Notes: generated by a model from the sequence alone, not told the origin. Counted from the first letter of the whole stretch, positions 42,478 to 52,682 are shown. The stretch: DNA of 62,791 nucleotides, filler included, from an uncultured Methanoregulaceae archaeon (GCA_964530035.1; 17 parts of 17 records of this genome joined end to end with filler, not necessarily neighbours in it), one strand, 5' to 3'. Translations and numbers: made by a program.

Positions 42478-43170
42478 TTACCCCTGCAGCGTGATGGTCC
42501 TGTCAAAGATGTACTTCCCGCTCGGTACATGGAGCAGCTTGATCTCAAGCTTACAGCTCTTCTTAACGCATTCGTGTAAAAGTGCAATTTCTGTTGTTGT
42601 TGGGTTACCGGGATCCGCAACAAGCCCGAGGAAATTGGCCGTGTACCCGTTGTTGTAGGTCCTGGCGATGTCTCCCGGGAGCCAGACAGCGTTGCCGAAC
42701 CAGGCGTAATTGCCATCCGGCAGACTGCTCGTTCCATTAATCAACCAGCCATTAACTGTAACGTCATTAGCAGGATTACATGGATAGGCATATTTCTGAG
42801 GGTCGGTTAAGTGCGGACCTCGGGAATATGTATAATACATATTATTTATCGTCACACCCTCACTCCTTGCCAGCGGGGATGTTGCCGTTTGGACATGTTT
42901 GACGACGGTGTTATTCGGAAGCGTCAGGAACGTGATGAACTGACAGTCCTTCGTCCGGATAGGGTCACCGCCCTGGTGCTCGAACTTGATGTCGAAGTTT
43001 GCGTCAGGATATCCCGTCGATATCGCGATGCTCGCCTGCGGTGCCTTGTCCTGGGTGCCCACGAGCCCCCCGGCAAAGCCGCTGACAACCGCCGCGATGA
43101 TGATAGTCACCACGAGCATCAACAGGACGCCAATGACCGGCGAAACCGCCGAATCCTTCGTCTTTTTCAT
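42478..43170 (-). CDS. Archaeal type IV pilin-like protein (DUF1628/Pilin_N)
   Basis: KDSAVSPVIGVLLMLVVTIIIAAVVSGF, FEHQGGD, LHVPSGKYIFD. Confidence 0.9.
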   Translation of the reverse strand: MKKTKDSAVSPVIGVLLMLVVTIIIAAVVSGFAGGLVGTQDKAPQASIAISTGYPDANFDIKFEHQGGDPIRTKDCQFITFLTLPNNTVVKHVQTATSPLARSEGVTINNMYYTYSRGPHLTDPQKYAYPCNPANDVTVNGWLINGTSSLPDGNYAWFGNAVWLPGDIARTYNNGYTANFLGLVADPGNPTTTEIALLHECVKKSCKLEIKLLHVPSGKYIFDRTITLQG

Positions 43171-43968
43171 AAACGTAACCTCTGGTGCCGTTCCGCATTT
43201 TGAATACGTAAATGTGGAAACGTCATACTAATTGTGATCTGAAATGAAATAAAAACACTTGGTAAGATCAAATATAAAAACAGTAGTAATAAGTCCGATC
43301 ATTGGCGCAATCGTTCAACGCTTAGCAATCACCCAATCCCCGTATCGGGGTTAGATCGGCATTTCATCGGATTGAAGCCTTCATTTATTTGAACAGCGGG
43401 CAATACTGCCATATTTGCAGACATTTGGCCGATCCAGTCCATGAGAAGGAGAGGTCCATGAATCGGAGGATGTAATTTTGCCCTTTCTGATAAAAAGAGT
43501 CAATAAATGGCAACATACGGAATCCAGGACCATTTCGGCGCGTGTTTTTCCTGTGCCCCGGGTGCCCCAGTTTCACCGGTCCGCCTGGTGCCGGGGCGCA
43601 GCCATGCGCTTCCCCACCTGCGGGCGACAACCACGGGTTGTAAACAACGATTACCGGGCTCTTTTGAGAGAGAATGCCGCCACGTGGTATCCCCTGCAGT
43701 ATTAAAATATTAAATTTTTATTCTATCAAATCATACAATTAGAAAAAAATTTATTACTGATACGGCCATACAGAACAGTGGAGGTGGTGGGGGAAACTCT
43801 ACTGATCGCCTCAGGAGATAAGGAATCGTATCAACAGTCACGGGGGACGGAATGGGGAAATCTGTCCCCCGTCGCTTGCGGCTGCTCACAGTTTACTCAC
43901 TCATTCCCCCCATTCATCGTCCAGTTACCATGCATTACTGACAGGAAATGTACAGGGAGGTCAGGAAC

Positions 43969-44310
43969 GTGAAGCAGGTCTATTATCGTTCAGACAAGAA
44001 GGTCTACCTTGATACGGCCAAGGACCGCTGCCTCTACAGGGCACCGAGGGCGGCAAAGGATAAGGCAAAGGCATATATCCGTGGTAGCGACGTCTATGTC
44101 CACGCAGTGAACGGATCAACACAGGTCTTTTACATTCACCGGTGGTCCCTTGCAAAGAAGGAGGCCGAACAGATCGCCGTGGTTACCCCCCGGGCGGCTG
44201 AACGGCTCATCGAGAGCAGGGGCTACATGATGCATTCTCCTGACCCGAGGGAGGAAAGGGCTGTCGAGACGCTGCTGCGCTACGGATACGGACTCATCGA
44301 AGAGTTTTGA
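43969..44310 (+). CDS. Hypothetical protein
   Basis: GGAGG RBS before the GTG; coherent ORF. Confidence 0.65.
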   Translation: MKQVYYRSDKKVYLDTAKDRCLYRAPRAAKDKAKAYIRGSDVYVHAVNGSTQVFYIHRWSLAKKEAEQIAVVTPRAAERLIESRGYMMHSPDPREERAVETLLRYGYGLIEEF

Positions 44311-44382
44311 CCAGGATATGCAACCAGAGGAAACCTCCTCTGCTCTTTTTCGACGATACCGGGTTAAGCCATACCTAATCGT

Positions 44383-44589
44383 AAACAGGGGAGCCTGCCA
44401 GTAAGGCAGGCGGATGTTGTGGTAAACCTGAACATATTCAGAAACAGGGAGCTGCCAGTAAGTGGAAAAGACCCCGGAAATGACCGACCCGTTCACATGG
44501 ATGTGAATCCGGCACGTCCGGCACAGACCTCCTCCTGAAAACGGCAGACCCATGCACGTGGATGTGAACCGGTACTGATGGCACAGCCC
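44383..44589. repeat. Two pairs of imperfect direct repeats with internal palindromes
   Basis: AAACAGGG(G)AGC(C)TGCCAGTAAG at 44383 and 44442; GACCC..CAC.TGGATGTGAA.CCGG.AC....GGCACAG at 44486 and 44547. Confidence 0.6.
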
Positions 44590-44784
44590 GTCCCTGGCCG
44601 ATAACCGGTTGTCCGGAACCGGGCGGGTGGTTTCCTTCAGACCCCTGCAGGTCCCCGTGAAGAAAAACGAGGTACCATTGGTTTTTTCATACAGCGGGAC
44701 GGTCGGTGTCGCACCGGGAATTACGCCCTGGTCCGGAGACGGGACGCGTCCTCAGCAGCGAATGGTGGTCTTTATCTCCCTTGC

Positions 44785-45186
44785 ATGAACAACCAGCGGT
44801 ACATGGAACGGGTGGCATATCCCGGTGCGGTATTCCTGTTCCTTGCCATAGTCTTCATTTCCGGGTGTACGGGCCCGCCGGACGGTGCCGTCGACGGCAT
44901 CTATGCCGATACCAATGCGACCCACCTTGTCGACCTGGAAAACGGAAGCATTCTCTTCATGCAGCCGACCGGGCCCGGTCACCACCAGTTCTACCGTGGG
45001 AGCTACACCCTGGAGGGCAGTCATATCAATGTCACCCTCACCCATGTGCTGACCGGAGACAACACCTTCCAGCCGGTGAATGAAACCATCGGCCTGGTAC
45101 TGAACCGGCCCGACGCCCACCACCTCCGGGCGCCGGACGGGGCACGGCTGAACCGGCTCGTCATAGTCCGGACGCCACGTCCCTGA
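44785..45186 (+). CDS. Putative lipoprotein
   Basis: Hydrophobic stretch followed by a FISGC lipobox. Confidence 0.65.
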   Translation: MNNQRYMERVAYPGAVFLFLAIVFISGCTGPPDGAVDGIYADTNATHLVDLENGSILFMQPTGPGHHQFYRGSYTLEGSHINVTLTHVLTGDNTFQPVNETIGLVLNRPDAHHLRAPDGARLNRLVIVRTPRP

Positions 45187-45217
45187 TGCCCTTCCACGGC
45201 ACGGGAACCGTCCCGGG

Positions 45218-45523
45218 TCAACCCTCTTTCTTTCCAGGGGCCCCCGGGCCATGCGACGGTCCCCGGGGGCCTGGGCACACCGGGCCGTCCTCCTCGAACC
45301 GGTACCCGGGGGGCGGGACCGTGATCTCGAACCGTGCACCCCTGCCCGGGCTCCCGGTCTCCGTGATCCCGATGCCGGTCAGGCTGAAGATCTCCCGGAC
45401 AAGGAACAGCCCGAGGCCGGTGTTCTTTCCTATCCCCCGCTCGAAGACCTTCTCCTTCATGTCGGCCGGTATGCCGACGCCGTCGTCGGCGACCACGACC
45501 GTCAGGCCCTGCTCCTTTTCGAA
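45218..45523 (-). CDS. Histidine kinase HATPase fragment (5' truncated)
   Basis: DDGVG, GKNTGLGLFL, GARFEI. Confidence 0.85.
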   Translation of the reverse strand, partial: FEKEQGLTVVVADDGVGIPADMKEKVFERGIGKNTGLGLFLVREIFSLTGIGITETGSPGRGARFEITVPPPGYRFEEDGPVCPGPRGPSHGPGAPGKKEG

Positions 45524-45623
45524 NNNNNNNNNNNNNNNNNNNNNNNNNNNNNNNNNNNNNNNNNNNNTTAATTAATTAANNNNNNNNNNNNNNNNNNNNN
45601 NNNNNNNNNNNNNNNNNNNNNNN

Positions 45624-46151
45624 TTATAAACTGCCTTTTGAGAAAGAAGACGGATTAAACCCTGTTTTTGATTCAAAAGACGATGAGGCACCCGATACTT
45701 TTGATGAACTGTCAAGAACACTTGGTGATTTTGATGATTTGGAATTCGGACCTGGATATTTATCCGGGTCAAGCCCCCTGAACTCATCATGAGAACTACT
45801 CGATGTATAGAGCGGTTGAGGGAAAAGATCCTCGTTGGGTATTATCTTTGTCACGACAACCCCGTCCAGACAGTCGTACCTGTCCTTCTTGTAAACGGTG
45901 CCGTTACAGCATAGAGAGGCAGAACTGTCGAAGGTGATGTTACTGCAACAGTCCTCGGTTGTTGCATTGTGTATGGTATTACCGCAACACATCTGATCAG
46001 GTTGTACCTGGCACCCACTATCACAGAAATCACCCGGTGAGCACGGGACAACTGGTTTTTCAGGTTCGCCTGTTGTTGTTGTACATCCTGAAGTAGACAG
46101 GAAAAAGCAGATCAGACACCCCAGGAGGATAATAGTCCCCATTTTTTCCAT
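45624..46151 (-). CDS. Lipoprotein with di-Cys repeats and Ser-rich tail
   Basis: STSGC lipobox; CCGNT, CCSNI, CCNGT and CLDG units with a 13-aa period. Confidence 0.7.
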   Translation of the reverse strand: MEKMGTIILLGCLICFFLSTSGCTTTTGEPEKPVVPCSPGDFCDSGCQVQPDQMCCGNTIHNATTEDCCSNITFDSSASLCCNGTVYKKDRYDCLDGVVVTKIIPNEDLFPQPLYTSSSSHDEFRGLDPDKYPGPNSKSSKSPSVLDSSSKVSGASSSFESKTGFNPSSFSKGSL

Positions 46152-46245
46152 GAATGAAATTGGGAGGTCAATATAATAGTGTTATGGGGATCGATCCTAC
46201 GGGTGTTCACGGAATGTTTATGGTAATATGTGTCTAGTATCGATT

Positions 46246-47340
46246 ATGGGGAAACCACTGTTAACGTTGATCGCTGCGGTCCTGCTGGTTGCTTTGATTG
46301 CAGGATCTGCAGGAGCTACTGCGATATATCCCAGGACCGGAGTTACGCCAGGCAAATATGGGTGTCCCCCAGGTTATCGCCTGGAATTTGCAGGTTTTTC
46401 ATCAACTGATACCACGCTTGGGGACTCCATGACCTGCGTACGGAGTTCAACCACCCCGTTACCAACCACGCCCTCAATCGTGTCGCAGTTGCTAAAGATC
46501 ATGGCCACTCCTACACCGACACAAAAACTACTGAAATTTCCAACTCCCGCATCCTATCGGGTTGAATTCCCGGTTATTAGCGTAGGTGCAACGCCGACAC
46601 TCCGACCAATAGCGACCGTACTCCCCCCTGGCAATACAAATTCCGATGCTAAGATAGAGCAGGCAATATCCCTGATGCGCGAGGTCGGGGGATCATCCAT
46701 TGACCGTGACTTATCGACATGTCCAAAAACAACGAAAAACGAGGTTATCAGTTGTGTAAACACGTTTCTTGCCGGGATAAATGTCCTCAAACAAAAAAAT
46801 GCGGAAGCTGGAAGGCTGCTCTCAAGTGCACAGCCAACGAGTCAGTACCCTTCGACAACTCTCAATACAATCCGTACCATACAGACCTATCAGAAGTACG
46901 AACTTGATGCTTTAGAGGCGGGAATTCAGGTCAAACTAGCTGATGCGAATACAGAAGTTAACCCGGACTATGCTTCAACATATATTTCTCGAGCCCGATC
47001 ATATATCCAGAGAGGAAATGCCGCACTAAGGCAATTGGAAACGTATTGTCCTAAAATCAATCCAGATGATTATTCCCGGTTCACTCAGGACACGATGACC
47101 GATAAAAATGAAATAATAAAACTACATTCGTTTTTTGATGCGTTCACTGCAGCATATGATGGACTTGATCACTACATGAACGCAGCAACATACCTGAAAA
47201 ACAAGAAAACCAGTCTCGCGGTCACCGAGATGAAGAATGCCCTGCTAGATTTTAATAAGGCCCAGGCGCTTGGCTACCCCGGGCTTGCACCTCTGATAGA
47301 AGATCTCAACAATGCGCTTATGAACCTCGGGTATGAATAA
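46246..47340 (+). CDS. Secreted helical hypothetical protein
   Basis: Signal peptide, Thr/Pro linker, helical C-terminus; AT-richer than its flanks; T-run after the stop. Confidence 0.7.
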   Translation: MGKPLLTLIAAVLLVALIAGSAGATAIYPRTGVTPGKYGCPPGYRLEFAGFSSTDTTLGDSMTCVRSSTTPLPTTPSIVSQLLKIMATPTPTQKLLKFPTPASYRVEFPVISVGATPTLRPIATVLPPGNTNSDAKIEQAISLMREVGGSSIDRDLSTCPKTTKNEVISCVNTFLAGINVLKQKNAEAGRLLSSAQPTSQYPSTTLNTIRTIQTYQKYELDALEAGIQVKLADANTEVNPDYASTYISRARSYIQRGNAALRQLETYCPKINPDDYSRFTQDTMTDKNEIIKLHSFFDAFTAAYDGLDHYMNAATYLKNKKTSLAVTEMKNALLDFNKAQALGYPGLAPLIEDLNNALMNLGYE

Positions 47341-47885
47341 AATATACTGAATTAACCTCTTTTTTCCAGGCATTAGGGTAGAAAGGTATTGGGATAGAGT
47401 CTACGTACGAAGATCACGTTCGGTGATCTCTTCGATTATGTGTGGATATTTAAATTGAGAATGCCAGAGAGCCTTTCAGCATGTGCACCCTCCACTTTAT
47501 CCGGGGCGGGGGTGCTCTTTCCCCGTGTGCACCTCGTGGCGGGTCTTTCGACCTTCGGGTATATTTCAACCGGGGGCATTTTCGTTCTACCCGCGTCCAG
47601 TAGACGTTTCAATTCTTTAAAGGGAATCGATAGTGACGTTTATTCCCTGGTGAAGGGCAGAACGGGCACATCCTGGTATCATGGTGGAGACATATAGCTT
47701 CTGTCAGAGAATTCCTGGAACGTGGTTTTCATCTCACCAACATGAGACTCGGCTGAAGAGAGGTCCCATCCTTCAGGAAATTCTGCCATCACCCCCGTCA
47801 CGTCCACCGGACATGCCGGGTTGTTCTTTCATGAAGGTGAATACAGGAAAAGAAGGATGAATTATTCATCGCTCCGTCCCCCCCT

Positions 47886-48620
47886 TCACACCCCCTTAAA
47901 TAACGCCAACTTCCTCCTCTTTCCCTCGATCACGAGCATGAGGAGCCGCAGCGGTACCGTGTGCAGGTCTCCGTCGATGGTCATGTTGAGTGCCCGGCCG
48001 GAGACCGAAAGGCGGACGGTCCCGACCTGCCCGGGGCTGTCAAGGAGCCATACCTCACCGGTCCCGCCTGCCAGGGCTTTCCTGACGTCCTCCTCGGCGA
48101 TGAAAAACCCCCGGGGATCGAGGTCGGACCTGAGGATGAGGTCGCCGTGGTCCTGGAGGACCCGCCCGACCTTCTCGAACGGGGAGGCCGGATGTACGGT
48201 CACTGTCCACCGGTCACGGTCTTCCCGGGAAACAATGTCAGGGCCGGGTCTGCCTCCCGGGTACTCCGGGCTTCGTCCTGAAAACTCCGGTTTTTGTCCA
48301 CGAAGCCCCTGTTTCCTTCCCGGGAGCCCGGGTTTCTGTTCCTGCTCCCCCTGACCCCCAAAAATTCCGTTGTTCCCGGCGATGCTGCCGACAGGACCGC
48401 CCATCGCGGTGTCAGGGGCCGCCTCCCGGCCCTGGCTGACAGACGGCTGGCCCGTGCCTGGGCCAGGAAGTGATTCTCCAACGGATTTCATGGATATGGT
48501 CTTACTTCCTGGTGTTTCCCGGCCTGCCCTCCCAGTATGGCGGTGACCTGCAAGAGCGGTCACCTTTACGGTTATCATGCTGTTCCTCACCCATTCGCAG
48601 ATCGTCTCAAATATGCTCAT
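47886..48620 (-). CDS. Hypothetical protein (C-terminal SxSGRALN domain)
   Basis: Low-complexity N-terminal half; GTVRLSVSGRALNMTI is similar to 19998-20414. Confidence 0.65.
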   Translation of the reverse strand: MSIFETICEWVRNSMITVKVTALAGHRHTGRAGRETPGSKTISMKSVGESLPGPGTGQPSVSQGREAAPDTAMGGPVGSIAGNNGIFGGQGEQEQKPGLPGRKQGLRGQKPEFSGRSPEYPGGRPGPDIVSREDRDRWTVTVHPASPFEKVGRVLQDHGDLILRSDLDPRGFFIAEEDVRKALAGGTGEVWLLDSPGQVGTVRLSVSGRALNMTIDGDLHTVPLRLLMLVIEGKRRKLALFKGV

Positions 48621-49097
48621 TCACGTATTCCTCCCTGGTATCCCGGTGCCATCCCCGGCCCCCGCCCGGCCCTGTGCCTCCCGCGAATAACAGGCTTCGC
48701 AGAGGTCGAGGTCGGCACCCGGGTCCCGCCATGCGGCCGGGCCGAGGTGACAGACCGAGCATTTCCCGGCAGGTCTCGTCACCCGGACCAGGGCTGCAAG
48801 GTCCACCACGCCGGGCAGGGGTGGGGCGGAAGCCCGGTCCCGCCTAACAGCTGCCTCATAGCACGTCCGGCAGAGCCTCCTGGCTTCCCGCATGTTTTCC
48901 GGGCGTGAGAGCCGCTCCTTCGTCAGTTTTTCGATGAACGAGGTCGCCCGCCGCCCGCAGAGAAAACAGGGGGCCCCGGGTCCCGGGGGGTCGAGCAGCT
49001 TGTAGTCGAGGGCATGGACCCCGCCGGGCTGTCCTCCATCGTGCACGGATGGTGCATGGAGCAGACCATTTCCGGCTCCCGTGCCCTGGTTCCCTGA
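48621..49097 (-). CDS. C-terminal Cys-rich fragment of a larger protein (5' truncated)
   Basis: Four CxxC pairs (CFLC, CRTC, CSVC, CEAC); stop abuts the next start. Confidence 0.65.
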   Translation of the reverse strand, partial: SGNQGTGAGNGLLHAPSVHDGGQPGGVHALDYKLLDPPGPGAPCFLCGRRATSFIEKLTKERLSRPENMREARRLCRTCYEAAVRRDRASAPPLPGVVDLAALVRVTRPAGKCSVCHLGPAAWRDPGADLDLCEACYSREAQGRAGAGDGTGIPGRNT

Positions 49098-49232
49098 NNN
49101 NNNNNNNNNNNNNNNNNNNNNNNNNNNNNNNNNNNNNNNNNTTAATTAATTAANNNNNNNNNNNNNNNNNNNNNNNNNNNNNNNNNNNNNNNNNNNNCCT
49201 GGAACCAATATAACCGAACCGGAAGGCAAGCC

Positions 49233-49901
49233 TTACCGGTGGAGGACCTTCCGCTTGACCCGTTTCCATGTGTTCCTGATAGACTGCCTGGTGTAGGTCT
49301 TTATCGGGGTTTTCCTGCCCCCGGGAGATGTCCTGCCGCTACGGATGGCTTCCAGGATTGAAGCAACGTCGTTTTCGGCATCGATCATCGTCCTGCCATA
49401 CCCGACGTACCTGGCATTGTGAGCGTCACTTCCTGCCACCATGGGTTTTTTCAGCTTTCGTGCAATATATGCCGCTTTTTTATTGGCTGAGCCGGTGATA
49501 TAACGGCTGTTGAAGACCTCGACTGCATCGACAAGGCTCAATGCGTCCTTCTGCCTGCGTGCAGCCCCGTGACGCCAGATATGGAACGGGTGCGGGAGGA
49601 CAACGACCCCACCCATTTTTCGGGCCAGGGAAACGGACTCAGTAAAGGACAGGCCCCGGGGGATGGTTTCGGTCACGCCGAGGACGATGAGGTGGCCCTG
49701 GAGGGTCGAGACCTCGATCCCCGGAATAACCAGCACCGGGCTGTCCATGTCTGCAGCCCGACGGGAGGCCTCCACCGTGTCGTGGTCGGTGATTGCAATC
49801 GCATCAAGGCCACGCTCGGCGGCGATTCTGAGTATTTCCCCGACGTCCGATTCCCCGTCCCGGGAGGCAGTAGTATGGATGTGGAGGTCGCATACGAGCA
49901 T
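49233..49901 (-). CDS. PHP-domain metallophosphoesterase
   Basis: DLHIHT, AITDHD, PGIEVS, PHPF, GSDAH. Confidence 0.9.
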   Translation of the reverse strand: MLVCDLHIHTTASRDGESDVGEILRIAAERGLDAIAITDHDTVEASRRAADMDSPVLVIPGIEVSTLQGHLIVLGVTETIPRGLSFTESVSLARKMGGVVVLPHPFHIWRHGAARRQKDALSLVDAVEVFNSRYITGSANKKAAYIARKLKKPMVAGSDAHNARYVGYGRTMIDAENDVASILEAIRSGRTSPGGRKTPIKTYTRQSIRNTWKRVKRKVLHR

Positions 49902-49947
49902 GCTATCCTTTTCACCTATTATCTTCTATCCGGTAATAAGGAAGAGT

Positions 49948-51363
49948 ATGCGTATCCTTCTCCCAACGGGCACGTCAACGGAAGAGACCGTGAAAAAAGC
50001 CGCGTCCGGCCTTGATGCCAGGGTTGTCATCACGGGAGAGGTCGCTTCGTTTCTTTCCCCCACATCTCTCGTTCAGCTGATAAGGGACAATCCCTGTGAT
50101 GCCGTCATCATTTCCGGGATGTGCACGGCACGCTTTGAACGGGTCGAGGAGGAGACCGGTGTCCCGGTCTACCGTGGCCCGAGACATGCGGCAGACCTCG
50201 GACCGGTACTCGCAGCCTTTGCCAGGGGATGCACACTGTCACGGGTCGTCCCCGCCGACGAGCTCCTCCGTGGCCGCGCCGAGTCAGAGGCAAAGGCTAC
50301 GCTCCAGGCCATGGAATCCGGGGCGACACCGGAGTTCCTGATACGCGGTCTGATGATCGGCGGAGACTCCAGGATGAAGGTCCTTGCCGAGATACAGGAC
50401 GCACACCGTGTGACCTCCGTCAGGGAGACGGTCGAACGGTACCACGAAGAAGGAGCCGACATTGTCGATCTTGGCTTCGGCTTTGACGCGACACCCGAAG
50501 ATGTTACAAATGTGTTTGGCGCCCTCCAGGACGTATCCATCCCCCTCGCGGTGGACAGCCAGGACCCGGAACTCATCAGGGCTGCCCTTTACCGTGCTGA
50601 CCTGGTCCTCTCCCTCCAGGAAGAAAACATCCCCCTTATTGCCCGTGAGGTTGCGGAGGCCGGAGCCGCCGCGGTCATCGTCCCGGGAAAGAGGGACCTC
50701 GAAACAAACCTTGAATCTGCAAGGGCCGCGGGTATTGAGTGCCTCGTGGCAGACCCGCTCCTCATGCCTGCCGGGTCAGGATTCGTCCGGTCTCTCGTCC
50801 ATGACCGTTTTCATGGATTTCCGGTCTTCTTTGGGGCTGGAAACGTCGTTGAGCTGATCGATGCCGACTCCCCTGGGATAAACGCGCTCCTCGCCGCTAT
50901 GGCGTCCGAACTCGGGTCGGCGATCATCTTCACCAGCGAACACTCGGACAAGACCCGCGGGTCGGTAAGGGAGATGCGGCGGGCTGTTGAAATGATGGCC
51001 CTTGCCCGCGGGAGGCCGTACCCGAAGGACCTCGGCCTCGACCTGCTGGTCATCAAGGAAAAACGGCGCAAAGAAGAGCCACCCCTGAAGTATCGGGAGT
51101 GTATCGACGGAACACCGCCCCCTGTAGACATCACCTACGACCCGAAGGGAAATTTCCGGATCGGCCTCGAAGGTGGTATGATTGTAGCGGTATGCAACGG
51201 CAGGGCGATCCGGGGAAGGACCTGGGATGAAGTGTTTCAGAGGATCCTTGAAGACAACGGAGTTTCGTTGATGGACCACGCAGCATACCTTGGAAAGGAA
51301 CTGTATAAGGCAGAGCTCGCACTCCGCTTCGGCCGTTCCTTTGAACAGGACGGACCGTTCTGA
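49948..51363 (+). CDS. Dihydropteroate synthase-like protein (methanogen type, C-terminal DUF4346-like)
   Basis: GADIVDLG, FFGAGNVVELIDADSPG, DPKGNFRI, DHAAYLGKELYKAE. Confidence 0.87.
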   Translation: MRILLPTGTSTEETVKKAASGLDARVVITGEVASFLSPTSLVQLIRDNPCDAVIISGMCTARFERVEEETGVPVYRGPRHAADLGPVLAAFARGCTLSRVVPADELLRGRAESEAKATLQAMESGATPEFLIRGLMIGGDSRMKVLAEIQDAHRVTSVRETVERYHEEGADIVDLGFGFDATPEDVTNVFGALQDVSIPLAVDSQDPELIRAALYRADLVLSLQEENIPLIAREVAEAGAAAVIVPGKRDLETNLESARAAGIECLVADPLLMPAGSGFVRSLVHDRFHGFPVFFGAGNVVELIDADSPGINALLAAMASELGSAIIFTSEHSDKTRGSVREMRRAVEMMALARGRPYPKDLGLDLLVIKEKRRKEEPPLKYRECIDGTPPPVDITYDPKGNFRIGLEGGMIVAVCNGRAIRGRTWDEVFQRILEDNGVSLMDHAAYLGKELYKAELALRFGRSFEQDGPF

Positions 51364-51436
51364 TGTCAATGGGCTGTGAAGATACCCTTTTTGTTGTCAG
51401 AAATGCATACGGTGAAAGGATATTTCGTCAGGGCCG

Positions 51437-51826
51437 GTGAGTGGGAGCATCATTATGAAAATTCGTGGGGTTCAGGCAGGGCTCATCGACCTGATGTGCC
51501 GGATCGGTGAAGAGCAGCACCCTCATGAATTCGCCGCGCTGCTCAGGGAGGAGAACGGGATTATAACTGAGCTTGTACTGGTTCCCGGGACGACCAGCGG
51601 CGAGGACCATGCCAGTGTCTTCCTCGACATGATGCCCCTTGACAGCCACCTCGCAGGCTCAGCGCACAGTCACCCGAACGGGGTCATCATGCCATCAGAT
51701 GCCGACCTCTCGTTTTTTTCCCGTTCCGGCCGGTGTCACTTCATCATCGGCTATCCTTATTCGAGGGAGAGCTGGGGCTGCTTCAGGACAGACGGCTTAC
51801 CGTATGATATCGAGGTGGTACCGTGA
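51437..51826 (+). CDS. JAB/MPN (Mov34) metalloprotease
   Basis: PHEFAALL and HSHPNG...PSDADL (JAMM motif). Confidence 0.9.
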   Translation: MSGSIIMKIRGVQAGLIDLMCRIGEEQHPHEFAALLREENGIITELVLVPGTTSGEDHASVFLDMMPLDSHLAGSAHSHPNGVIMPSDADLSFFSRSGRCHFIIGYPYSRESWGCFRTDGLPYDIEVVP

Positions 51827-52263
51827 AAAAGGTAGTTGCAACCGGTACTTTTGACATTCTTCACCCCGGGCACCTGTTCTATCTCGGGGAATCCCGCCGG
51901 CTGGGTGATGTCCTCCATGTCATCGTTGCCAGGGATGAGAACGTGAAACACAAACCCCGGCCGGTCATACCGGAAGAGCAGCGACTCCTTATGGTGCAGG
52001 CACTCCGGCTCGTTGACCATGCACGGCTTGGCGACCCGGAAGACATGATGAGGCCGATACAAGAAATAGGTCCAGATATCATAACCCTTGGGTTTAACCA
52101 GCACTTCCAGGAGGACGACCTGAAACGGCGCCTTGATTCATGTGGCCTCTCTGCCAGGATTGTGAGAATCGGGCAGTATGGTGAGGCGACCTACTGCAGC
52201 TCGAGCAGGATTGTCCAGGAGGTTCTTGCAAGGCGCTCTTCCGCTCCTGGTCCCCGTCCCTGA
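51823..52263 (+). CDS. ribL: Archaeal FAD synthase (cytidyltransferase-like)
   Basis: ATGTFDILHPGH, PDIITLGFNQ, CSSSRI. Confidence 0.85.
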   Translation: MKKVVATGTFDILHPGHLFYLGESRRLGDVLHVIVARDENVKHKPRPVIPEEQRLLMVQALRLVDHARLGDPEDMMRPIQEIGPDIITLGFNQHFQEDDLKRRLDSCGLSARIVRIGQYGEATYCSSSRIVQEVLARRSSAPGPRP

Positions 52264-52304
52264 CGCTAATCTTATCTCCTCCTGTGCTCCATTGCGCATT
52301 TGCT

Positions 52305-52582
52305 ATGAAAAAGAGGCTTCGCGAGGAGATAGGCCGTTTGACCGCGATAGCTCATGAAAAGGGGGTCGAGGCCAGGGTAATCAGCGCCGGGGACGTGGTC
52401 GTGTCTGAATGGGTCAGGTTCAAGTGCCGGTACGGTTGCAAAGGATACGGAAAGCACCTTTCCTGTCCTCCCTACGCTCCCCCGGTAGAGCATACCCGAC
52501 GAATGGTACGTGGGTACAGGACCGGGCTCCTCCTCAGATTTGAAGGTGTGCCCGGGCATGAGGCGTTCGGACCTGATGATAT
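52305..52582 (+). CDS. DUF2284 metal-binding protein (3' truncated)
   Basis: WVRFKCRYGCKGYGKHLSCPP. Confidence 0.85.
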
Positions 52583-52682
52583 NNNNNNNNNNNNNNNNNN
52601 NNNNNNNNNNNNNNNNNNNNNNNNNNTTAATTAATTAANNNNNNNNNNNNNNNNNNNNNNNNNNNNNNNNNNNNNNNNNNNN

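Noticed and set aside
43778..43872. EVVGETLLIA pilin-like snippet and a following 12-bp hairpin
   Set aside because: Too short to support a pilin pseudogene, and the hairpin cannot be assigned a function.
44383..44462. CRISPR array
   Set aside because: Only two imperfect repeats and no cas genes or leader; kept only as an unexplained repeat.
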